Below are positions 32,586-40,508 of a stretch of DNA of 44,181 bases, piece by piece. Source of the DNA: a virus (lineage: Duplodnaviria; Caudoviricetes); the IMG/VR virus record IMGVR_UViG_3300037742_000022, positions 1 to 44,181 of that record. The stretch is one strand, 5' to 3'. The notes beneath the pieces are model-generated. The model saw only the letters and a list, made by a program, of their open reading frames with translations. It had not been told where the DNA came from and did no database searches. The stretch's first letter is position 1. Every line of letters begins with the position of its first letter. Made by a program: the position numbers and the translations under genes.

Positions 32586-33484
32586 CACAGTGTTTTTCTC
32601 GCCCATGAAATGCGGAATGTCAGCTCCAGAATCTTTGTGCTGTCCTTCGGGATCGACGGCGTGAACCCGATCTGGAACACGCCCCGCGTGGTCGCGATAT
32701 CCACCGCGCCAACCCCGCCCACTGCGTTGCCAACGGCGATGCTCCACGAGAGTTTCGCGTCGCGATAGTAATCCCCGGCGCTGTAAGTGAGCAGCGTTCC
32801 CGACGCGGTTCCGCTGGCGCTGTCAGCCGGCAACCCGGTGACCGCGCCCAATGGGCCGCTGTAGGTTCGATTGAGCGATCCGCCGCCGCCGAAAGCAAAC
32901 GCCTCCCCCACCGGAGACCAGACGCTGCTCGTCACGAGGGCGGCGCGCACCACGTAATCGTAATCGACGCCGCTGATGGTGATCTCGTCCTCCACGTCTT
33001 CGAGCGGCGGGTATTGCCGGCACTCGTAGGTGACATCGAGAAATTCGTCCGCCAGGACCGTGATCGTCGTTGGCGTTCCGCCGCCATCCAGAATCAGCGC
33101 GCGGGAAAACAACGACCCCGTGGCACCGGTACGCCCCACACCAACCTCCGACAGATTGCCAGCGGCCGCGCCCTGAGCAAACCGGTACACCCTCCGCTGC
33201 CATCCGTAGTACGGGGCAGAGCCCTGGGCGTTCCCGGTGTCTGAAATAACGTTGTTGGTGCCTGCGACGTAGGAGACGAGGGCGGTCTGCGCGTTAGAAG
33301 GTGCGGTGCTTCCGGAGCCGACCTGACACGCCGCAAGGTGCCCGCCCGCGCTCTCGCCGAGGTAGTCCAGGCCCTGGTCAAGGATCAGGTTGGGGAACCA
33401 GTCGGCCAACACGCGCCGCGAGCCGTCCGCCTTGACGGCCTCCAGCTTGAACAGGGCGGCGAATTGGCATGGGATCGAGATCAT
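32585..33484 (-). CDS. Tail-associated protein (299 aa)
   Basis: WFPNLILDQGLD..VGSGSTAP..QTAL..GNLSEVG..LFSRALI pattern of phage tail-fibre-related proteins. Confidence 0.7.
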   Translation of the reverse strand: MISIPCQFAALFKLEAVKADGSRRVLADWFPNLILDQGLDYLGESAGGHLAACQVGSGSTAPSNAQTALVSYVAGTNNVISDTGNAQGSAPYYGWQRRVYRFAQGAAAGNLSEVGVGRTGATGSLFSRALILDGGGTPTTITVLADEFLDVTYECRQYPPLEDVEDEITISGVDYDYVVRAALVTSSVWSPVGEAFAFGGGGSLNRTYSGPLGAVTGLPADSASGTASGTLLTYSAGDYYRDAKLSWSIAVGNAVGGVGAVDIATTRGVFQIGFTPSIPKDSTKILELTFRISWARKTL

Positions 33485-34821
33485 TCTTCCTCTCCGGGGA
33501 GCGCCAGCCAGAATTGACCGGCGCCTGGGTAATAGGTGCCGACGGCGCGGCGCCCCTGCGCTTCGAGCCGCGCGGCCGCTTCCTGCACCAGAACGTCAAC
33601 AGGGGCGCCGACATCAGCAGATGCAAGGTTGGTCGAGCCCACCGCAATTCCGACCGTGCGAACGCCGAGTTGTGACAGGAAAAACAGTTCGTCGGCCACG
33701 GCCACGGCCGCATGCTGGTGCGTGGACCCGATGCCGTCCATCTGGTCGAGCAATGCCATGGACGCAGGATCAGGGTCGACCTGCCACATCTGGAAGGTGC
33801 CGGCGTTGTAGACCACGATGTTGCCGCGGTAGATGTTCATCACCGCGGCGTTGTTGGCGTTGGTCTGCTGGATGCCGGTCGGCAAATACCCGGCATCATC
33901 CGCCGTCGACCAGTCGAGCGGGTTGTTCGTAGCGCAGAAGCGCACGATGTCGCCGTCGGCGGCGAACACCTTGGAGGCTGCGATGGCGACCACCCTGGAC
34001 TGCGGACACTTCACGTCCTGGATGTTGAGCCCGAACGCCTCCCACGAAATCGTGTTGTCCGCGACGAAGGCGCCGGGGATCGTGGGCCATATCGGTTCCG
34101 TCGGCCCTGACAGCATCGTCGGGCTGGCCTGCCAGACGACACGCGTTGTCAGCACCGCTTCCCACGTCACCTCGTTGTCGACAACCGTTACACCCAGCGT
34201 CGGCGGCCAGACCGGCTCCTCCGCGCCGGACGTGCCGACATCGGCCTGCACCGCCTTGTAGATCAGCCCGGCAACCGTCGGCTGCGACACCACGTTCCAT
34301 GCGACCGTGTCGACCCATAGTGGGTCGCTGCCGCCGTTGCGGTAGGCTCGGATTGCGACCCGCACGTACGCCGCGCCGCCGGGCGCCAGCGCCGTGACCG
34401 TGGATTGGCGCCACTGCCCGCCCGATCCCGAACTGACCAGCGAGCCGCGATCAAAACTGATCTGCGCGAATGCGTCGTCCAGCCACTCAAGCCCGACGGC
34501 GGCGCCGGCCTCGCCCGATCCGGACGCGCCCTGCTGCACCATGCAGGTTGCGGTGACGGACTGACCAGGCGTCACGACAGCCTCGGTGGTGTTGACCAGC
34601 CGGACATCGACAGCCGTGGCGTTGAAGGTCGCGGACCACGCGCCCTGATACTTGTCGCCGCTGTTGGTGATCGTCCAGCCGGACTCCTTCGTCCAGCCGG
34701 TGTCGCCATCCTCGAACCCGGGATTGACCAGCGCAGTAGATACGGGCGCCGAGATCGTCAGCGGCCGGCACAGCGAGCCCGGGATGTAGGCGAAGCCGGG
34801 TTTCCAGACTGCGACGGTCAT
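33481..34821 (-). CDS. Tail nozzle/tubular protein, middle part, with a carbohydrate-binding-like insert (446 aa)
   Basis: LVNPGFEDGDTGWT CBM-like domain; SG.EEP.WP...G..V.DN...W repeats; propeller-like C-terminal half. Confidence 0.65.
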   Translation of the reverse strand: MTVAVWKPGFAYIPGSLCRPLTISAPVSTALVNPGFEDGDTGWTKESGWTITNSGDKYQGAWSATFNATAVDVRLVNTTEAVVTPGQSVTATCMVQQGASGSGEAGAAVGLEWLDDAFAQISFDRGSLVSSGSGGQWRQSTVTALAPGGAAYVRVAIRAYRNGGSDPLWVDTVAWNVVSQPTVAGLIYKAVQADVGTSGAEEPVWPPTLGVTVVDNEVTWEAVLTTRVVWQASPTMLSGPTEPIWPTIPGAFVADNTISWEAFGLNIQDVKCPQSRVVAIAASKVFAADGDIVRFCATNNPLDWSTADDAGYLPTGIQQTNANNAAVMNIYRGNIVVYNAGTFQMWQVDPDPASMALLDQMDGIGSTHQHAAVAVADELFFLSQLGVRTVGIAVGSTNLASADVGAPVDVLVQEAAARLEAQGRRAVGTYYPGAGQFWLALPGEEE

Positions 34822-35606
34822 TGCTGACGCCTGTTGCCCGGAGGGTAGCGGTCACGGATGGGGCCAGGCACCGGCAGCGAGCCGCCGGGGTTGTCCTGAT
34901 CCGGGTTCGTGTCGCCGGGGATCGGCGCTGCGGCAGGCGGCCCGAGATCCACGTCCTCGACCACCGTGCCGAGATCGTAGGCCGGCCAGATCGGCTCGAC
35001 CTTGCCAGACCGCGGCGTGTCGCCGACCGTCTCGATCGCGGTGTACTTGTAACCGTTCGGCACCGTCGGCTCGATGACATCGTTCAGCGCACGCAGCACG
35101 TCCGGCGCCCACACCGGGGCAGGATCGCCCAGCCGCGTCGCCCGGTACGTGAACCCGTTCGGCGTCGTCGGCACCACGTAATCGCCGATCTGGTACGGCG
35201 TATCGGGCTCCCACTCCACGCCCGGCACCAGCCAGAAGTGGTACAGGTTCCCCGACTCGAACTCGGCCACGACATAGGGCACACCCAAGTACGCGGCCGC
35301 GAAATGGATGGCGGCGATCGGGGAGGCGACAGCGTTCGGGTCGACGATCACCACCGTCTCGAACAGCGGGTTCGTGGGTGTCGACGGCACATGCGAGAAC
35401 ACGAGGAGCCGCTGGTCGAACGCCATCAGCCCCTTGGTCTGCTCCGGCAGCGCGACCACCTCGACGGTGCCCGGGCGCGACTTGACGGTGGCCGACTGCG
35501 TAACGAACCCGTTCTGCAGGTCGTAGAGCGCATCCTCTGGCGCGCCGCCCTTGATGCGCTGCCGGTTGATGCCGCGGTTCGCGCGGTTGAGGACCTGCGT
35601 CCTCAT
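34818..35606 (-). CDS. Tail nozzle/tubular protein, N-terminal part (262 aa)
   Basis: Start MRTQVLN; LYDLQNGFV..VKSRPGT; W.P.T.Y..G..V.PT repeats. Confidence 0.65.
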   Translation of the reverse strand: MRTQVLNRANRGINRQRIKGGAPEDALYDLQNGFVTQSATVKSRPGTVEVVALPEQTKGLMAFDQRLLVFSHVPSTPTNPLFETVVIVDPNAVASPIAAIHFAAAYLGVPYVVAEFESGNLYHFWLVPGVEWEPDTPYQIGDYVVPTTPNGFTYRATRLGDPAPVWAPDVLRALNDVIEPTVPNGYKYTAIETVGDTPRSGKVEPIWPAYDLGTVVEDVDLGPPAAAPIPGDTNPDQDNPGGSLPVPGPIRDRYPPGNRRQQ

Positions 35607-36991
35607 GGCGGGAACGGCACCGTTGGCACGGGATCGACGTACAGCGCGCCACGCAAGCGTTCGCCCGGGATGTACCGCGCCGTGTGGTGCGAGCCCGCGA
35701 CCAGGCTGGAGACGTAGGTTTCGAGCTGGCTGTTGCGACTGCCCGCGTAAACGGCGGCGTCCGGCTGTTTGAAGTAAGCCTTGCAGTTCGCCACTGCCAG
35801 CAGGTAGATGGCATGATCGTCGATGGTCGCTTCGTCGTCGTCGGCCGCGAACGCGCGCAGCGCCACTTGCGCCTTGACGCGCAGCTTCTGTGCGTCGGTG
35901 CCGGGGGCCGGCCAAATCTCGATGCACGAGCGAACGTCGTAACGGCTCGGCCAGTACGAGTGATCGTTGCGGGAATAGAATTCCGGCGGGATGCCACAGA
36001 TCAGCGAGTACCAGAGATCGCCCTGGCTTTCGCGCTGCATCCCGACCCAGTAGAGCTTTTTCGGATCGGCTTGGTCGAGGCACGGCGGATCTTCGGTCTG
36101 CTCGTCGTTGGCGTCGAAGTCGTAGAGGTTCTGGCCGGGGACGCACGTCCAGGTGAAGAACCGCTCCACCCGGAACACGTCGTAGCGATAGTAGAGCGTG
36201 CGCTGCGCATCCTCCAGTATTTGCTTGACCACGCCGATGGCGTTGGCCGGCATGCGGCGCTCCAGCTCCAGCATGTATTGCTCATAGGTGTCGCGCGCCT
36301 GCTTGGCCCCGTCCTGCTTGATCCGCTCGCGCATCATCGCCAGCGCGAGATTCTGGATCGGCACGTAGTCCATCGCGGACAGGTCGGCGTCGGTGCTCAT
36401 GTAGGCGTTGGCGACGAGGCCGTTCAGTTGATACCGCTTGATGACGATCTGTTGGGCGTCGTTCATCGTGGAATTGATCGCGTCGTCGATGTTCGGCGGC
36501 TTGCGCTGCGTGGTGTCGGACAGATACCGCTCGACCGCATCCTTCCATCCCTGAGCATCAGGCCGGCCGTAGTGTGCGCACGCGATCGCCATCGCCATGT
36601 TCAGCACGGCCGAGCTGTCGACGGTGCATTGATCGGTCGAATTCACCATCGGCGTGGGATAGCTGACGCCGCTGTTGTCCATCTCGACACGGCGCCAGAG
36701 GATGTTCTGCGCCTCGTTGAGCTGGTCGCGAAGCAAGTCCAGCATGCCCGGCGGCGGGTTGGCGATGTTGAGCGCGAAGCCCAGCAGCCGCATCATCTTG
36801 TTTTGCAGGATTTCCAACGTCTCGCGCGTGACCAGCGTGAACGGATCGGCCAGGCCGAGTTCGTTCTTGATCGCCTCGCGCATCTGCGCGCGCGTGCGCT
36901 TGAGCGTGGTGATGTTGGTGGACGCGTCGTCCATCCGTAGGAAGCCGAGCGCCAGCAACGTGGCCGTGGTCAGTTGTGCAAGCGTTCTCAC
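35603..36991 (-). CDS. Head-tail adaptor protein with three repeated helical units (462 aa)
   Basis: Position after the capsid genes; PSRY....IEIWPAP adaptor-like motif; three PP..AQ..R..D..D..LA.A units. Confidence 0.65.
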   Translation of the reverse strand: MRTLAQLTTATLLALGFLRMDDASTNITTLKRTRAQMREAIKNELGLADPFTLVTRETLEILQNKMMRLLGFALNIANPPPGMLDLLRDQLNEAQNILWRRVEMDNSGVSYPTPMVNSTDQCTVDSSAVLNMAMAIACAHYGRPDAQGWKDAVERYLSDTTQRKPPNIDDAINSTMNDAQQIVIKRYQLNGLVANAYMSTDADLSAMDYVPIQNLALAMMRERIKQDGAKQARDTYEQYMLELERRMPANAIGVVKQILEDAQRTLYYRYDVFRVERFFTWTCVPGQNLYDFDANDEQTEDPPCLDQADPKKLYWVGMQRESQGDLWYSLICGIPPEFYSRNDHSYWPSRYDVRSCIEIWPAPGTDAQKLRVKAQVALRAFAADDDEATIDDHAIYLLAVANCKAYFKQPDAAVYAGSRNSQLETYVSSLVAGSHHTARYIPGERLRGALYVDPVPTVPFPP

Positions 36992-37485
36992 GTCAGGCTC
37001 CCTCCGATCAGTGCTGCGCTCACGTCCACCGCCTCGTCTGCCATCGTTGTCTCCACCAGCACCGGACGCAGCGCGCCTTCGAGCAAATCCGCGGCGGTGT
37101 CGATCGCCTCGTCCGCCATTTCCGTCGCTTGGTACGCCACCCGAAGCGAGCCATCCAGCAGGTCGGCTGCCGCATCGATTGCCTCGTCGGCCATCTCGGT
37201 GGCGACCAGGGCATTGCGCAAGCTCCCTGAAACCATGTCGGCGCCGCTGCCGATGGCCTCGACATAGGCCTCCAGAAACAGGCCTCTCAGTATGCCAGCC
37301 CCTATATCCAGCCCCTCGATCGACTCCAGCGGGTAGGGCCGGGATGTCAGGAACAGGTAGTAGTCGATCAGCGCCCCAGCCACCACGGCGGCTGTCGTTT
37401 CGACCGCCTCGGTGATTGCGAAAGCCTCAGTGCCGCCACCCTCACAATCGCAGTTCAGTACGTAGTTGACGGGGATCTGCGGCAT
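36988..37485 (-). CDS. Acidic virion-module protein with 25-aa tandem repeats (165 aa)
   Basis: Three copies of a GSLR....ATEMADEAID.AADLL-like unit. Confidence 0.65.
   Translation of the reverse strand: MPQIPVNYVLNCDCEGGGTEAFAITEAVETTAAVVAGALIDYYLFLTSRPYPLESIEGLDIGAGILRGLFLEAYVEAIGSGADMVSGSLRNALVATEMADEAIDAAADLLDGSLRVAYQATEMADEAIDTAADLLEGALRPVLVETTMADEAVDVSAALIGGSLT
36991..37227 (-). repeat. 75-bp imperfect coding tandem repeat, three copies
   Basis: GSLRNALVATEMADEAIDAAADLLD / GSLRVAYQATEMADEAIDTAADLLE / GALRPVLVETTMADEAVDVSAALIG. Confidence 0.8.
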
Positions 37486-37494
37486 GAATGGTCA

Positions 37495-37518
37495 GAGGGG
37501 CCGGTTTCCCAGCCCCTC
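37495..37518 (-). terminator. GC-rich GAAA-tetraloop hairpin after the capsid gene cluster
   Basis: GAGGGGCTGG-GAAA-CCGGCCCCTC with no U-tract, so a weak terminator or mRNA stabiliser. Confidence 0.5.
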
Positions 37519-37530
37519 GTGTCTCCGCAG

Positions 37531-37941
37531 TTACTTGGTGGACTTGCCCTTGGCCGCCTTCTTCTTGGCCGCCGACCGCGTGTTCACGACAGCTTGCGAC
37601 GCTTCCGGGCTGCGCCGGTTGGCGCCGGCATTCTTCGGAGCACCCAGGCCCGAGGCCTTGGCGAAGTCGCCGACGGTCGGGTAGACCCGTTCGACCACGC
37701 GCAGACCCTTGCCGTTGTACTTCTTGCGCATGCGCTCGTACTCGCCGACCACGTCGTTCGGCACGTCGACTTCGATTTCCTCGCCCTCGATGCGCTCCAC
37801 GTTCTCGGCCATGTGCGCGGCTTCGAGCAGTGCGATCTCGTACTCCGGCACCTGGGTCGCGGTCTTGTCCATGCCGCGGGTGACGAGGACGTGGACAAGC
37901 GCGGTTTTAACGGTGCCGCTATCGTTGGTTGCTTCTGTCAT
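37531..37941 (-). CDS. Hypothetical head-module protein (136 aa)
   Basis: AGGAG ribosome-binding site; basic C-terminal tail. Confidence 0.75.
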   Translation of the reverse strand: MTEATNDSGTVKTALVHVLVTRGMDKTATQVPEYEIALLEAAHMAENVERIEGEEIEVDVPNDVVGEYERMRKKYNGKGLRVVERVYPTVGDFAKASGLGAPKNAGANRRSPEASQAVVNTRSAAKKKAAKGKSTK

Positions 37942-37951
37942 GTCGTTCTCC

Positions 37952-38209
37952 TTACGCCAAGCAATCGACGGTGGCGGCAGTCGACACCTTGATCCAGATC
38001 GGAAGCGTGACCTGCGCCATCGCGGTCGCAGTACCGGCGGCACCGAGCGTGGCGAGCGTGGCATAGCCCGAGTCCGTGGCCGATCCCTGCACGACGAGAG
38101 AGCCCGCCGTGCCGTTGATGAGCACGGCGTTGAAGCCGGGGGAAAACGGCGTGTCACTGAGCTGCTGTGCCGTGCCGGTGATTTTGAGCAGGTTGAGTCC
38201 GAGCGCCAT
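37952..38209 (-). CDS. Small capsid-associated (decoration-like) protein (85 aa)
   Basis: AGGAG ribosome-binding site; Ala/Thr/Gly-rich; directly after the major capsid gene. Confidence 0.65.
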   Translation of the reverse strand: MALGLNLLKITGTAQQLSDTPFSPGFNAVLINGTAGSLVVQGSATDSGYATLATLGAAGTATAMAQVTLPIWIKVSTAATVDCLA

Positions 38210-38219
38210 TCCGTTCTCC

Positions 38220-39269
38220 TTATGCGATGCTGAGGACAGCGTTCGCGTTGCGCTTGTTGATGGTCAGGCCGTACGAGCTGGTCTGCGCGAAGTAGTGGAC
38301 GTAGCGATCGGGCAGGCGCTCCGGCTTGCGGTTGAGCATCCAGCGGCCGGTGAACGGGCGGAAGGTGATCGTCTTGCTGTTGAGGAAGTAGGCGCGCTGC
38401 GTCCACGGCTCCGCGATCACGCCCAGTTCCGCGTCCAGCACTTCGAAGGTCGGGTCCCACACCAGCTCCACGCCCTTGAAGTACAGGCCCGTGGTGGACG
38501 CGTCCAGCGAGATACCGCCGCGCATGTTGCCCGGCGCGTGGATCTCACGGTTGATGGTGACGCCCGCCTGCTCGCGGTACTTGTCGAGGAAGGCTGCGCC
38601 AACCACGATCATGTCGGGCACCAGCCCGCCGTAGAGCGTGCAGGCGCGCCACATGATTTCCATCTGGTCGATCAGGTCCGCATCGGCGATGCCGAGGCTG
38701 ACGTTGTTGCGCCAGTAGGTCGAGGTGCCGGCGTTGATGTTGCCGACGATGCCGGTGGTCGGCGTGGTCGACACCAGCGCGTCCAGGCCTGCGATGGCCT
38801 TGGCGTTCTGCGTGCCGTCAAGCAGAAGCTCGCGGGCCAGGCCGTCGTTGATGCCTTCCTTGAGCGCGGTGTAGCTGACTTCCAGCAGGTTGACGAGCTG
38901 GATCTTCTCGGCACCGGTGGCAACGGCTTCGCGGTCATCGGTGATGATGATGCCGTTCGCGGCGAGGCGGTCCTCGTCGAACCAGAAACCGTCGTGGTAA
39001 TTGGCATAGCCGAACTTGGCCTGACGTGCCGGGTCGCGCTCGTTGTACGTGACCTGATCGGCGCCGAAGTAGTTCTGGTAGTTCGAGTCGTTCGACACGA
39101 ACACGGCTTCGTTGTGGAAACCGTTGCCGAAGATGACGGGCTTCTTGCGGTCCATCAGCCATTTCAGGAACGGGCGTTCCCGGTTGATCTGGTCGATGGG
39201 GTTGTTGCGGCGGTAGGTTTCCAACGAGTAGTTGGCACCAATCGCGATCTGTGCGGCGGTGAAAGGCAT
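38220..39269 (-). CDS. Major capsid protein (podovirus type, 349 aa)
   Basis: Follows the scaffold gene; DGTQ..KAIAGLDALVS..GNIN....YWRN..FKGVELVWDP..AYFLNSK. Confidence 0.85.
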   Translation of the reverse strand: MPFTAAQIAIGANYSLETYRRNNPIDQINRERPFLKWLMDRKKPVIFGNGFHNEAVFVSNDSNYQNYFGADQVTYNERDPARQAKFGYANYHDGFWFDEDRLAANGIIITDDREAVATGAEKIQLVNLLEVSYTALKEGINDGLARELLLDGTQNAKAIAGLDALVSTTPTTGIVGNINAGTSTYWRNNVSLGIADADLIDQMEIMWRACTLYGGLVPDMIVVGAAFLDKYREQAGVTINREIHAPGNMRGGISLDASTTGLYFKGVELVWDPTFEVLDAELGVIAEPWTQRAYFLNSKTITFRPFTGRWMLNRKPERLPDRYVHYFAQTSSYGLTINKRNANAVLSIA

Positions 39270-39404
39270 GGTCGTGATCTCGGAAGTGATGGGGGTTGAG
39301 TCCATCCACGGTCCAAGGGCGCGACGCCTTGTTTCTGCGCTACCGGTGAGCGAGGCCGGCGTGAATCACTGCTGTCGTGGCGCGGGTTGTCAGCCCGCGC
39401 GCAC

Positions 39405-39432
39405 AGTTTGCACCAATCGCGGGGGTTGTCAA
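39405..39432 (-). promoter_or_regulatory. Putative capsid-gene promoter
   Basis: TTGACA-16 bp-CAAACT upstream of a hairpin-rich capsid leader. Confidence 0.45.
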
Positions 39433-40508
39433 CCGCGCGCGGCGGCGAGCCCTTGCTCCAGCGCTTCCATCGGGTCTTTCGTCACCACGTTCATGGCCGG
39501 TCGGCTGCCGGTCGGACGCAGCGGGACAGCGCCGGCACGCGGAACGAGAGGGGCGGCCACCGGAGCAGGCATGGCGGCGACCAGCGCGGCGTAGTCCTCC
39601 GCGATCGCCTGCGCCCACTGGTTCGGGGGTAGCGCGCGCATGATGCGCGTCGCCGCGACGTTGAGCGCCGGGTAGATTTCCTTGTAGCGCGGGTTCTCGG
39701 CCTGCCACTTCGCGCTCAGTTGCTGCACATGGGCGTTGGCCTGCGCCGATTCCTGCTGCACCTGAGCGTGCTGCGTGGTCTGCTGCTGCTTCTGTGCCTG
39801 CGCGTCGGCCTGGAACTTGTTCGCCGATCGGGCGCCGGCCAATTCCTCGGCATGCTTGCGGTCCAGCTCGCCGCTCTCGACCGCGGACATCAGGTCGGCA
39901 TGCTCGGCCAGCGGGTCATAGACGCCCTGCACCGGCTTGCCGAGCATCTTGGACAGGCCGGCCAGCTCCGATGTCAGCATGGCGTGGGCCTTTTCCGCAG
40001 CGGCCCGGTCGCCACCATTGGCCGCGCGGATCGTCTCGCCGTAGCTCAGCAGCGTGCTGAATGTCTCGGAGTCCCCGACGCGACGCGACACTTCCTCGAT
40101 CAGGAAGTCGGCGTCCTTGCGCCGGTCAATGATCTGCTTGAGTTCGCCAACATCCTTGACGCCCTCGGTGGCGAGCATGGCCTTGATCGGCTCGTACTCG
40201 GCCCGGACGGCTGACAGCTCCTTGAACCGCTCGGCTGCACGGTCCTTGAGGTTGAGCGACTTGATTTCCTCGTCGGCGCTCGGCGGGTTCTTTGGTTCGT
40301 CCTTGACTGGCGCATCCTTCGCGGCATCGGCTTTGACGGGCTCCGCGACAGGCGCGGAGGCGTCGGCTTCCGCCTCGGCCGCCAAGCCCTTGTCTAGCCC
40401 GGCCAGTGCTTCGGCCTGCACGTCAACGGGCGCTGCAGGCTCCGGCGCAGCCGGCGCTTCTGGCGCGGGCGTGGCGTCGATCGGTTCGTCAGGCAGGGGG
40501 TTCGGCAT
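39429..40508 (-). CDS. Capsid scaffolding protein (359 aa)
   Basis: Between portal and capsid genes; Pro/Ala-rich N-terminus, helical and Gln-rich. Confidence 0.75.
   Translation of the reverse strand: MPNPLPDEPIDATPAPEAPAAPEPAAPVDVQAEALAGLDKGLAAEAEADASAPVAEPVKADAAKDAPVKDEPKNPPSADEEIKSLNLKDRAAERFKELSAVRAEYEPIKAMLATEGVKDVGELKQIIDRRKDADFLIEEVSRRVGDSETFSTLLSYGETIRAANGGDRAAAEKAHAMLTSELAGLSKMLGKPVQGVYDPLAEHADLMSAVESGELDRKHAEELAGARSANKFQADAQAQKQQQTTQHAQVQQESAQANAHVQQLSAKWQAENPRYKEIYPALNVAATRIMRALPPNQWAQAIAEDYAALVAAMPAPVAAPLVPRAGAVPLRPTGSRPAMNVVTKDPMEALEQGLAAARG

Noticed and set aside
36991-37227. CRISPR-like or mobile repeat array
   Set aside because: The repeats are in-frame, diverge at synonymous positions and have no unique spacers, so they are protein repeats.
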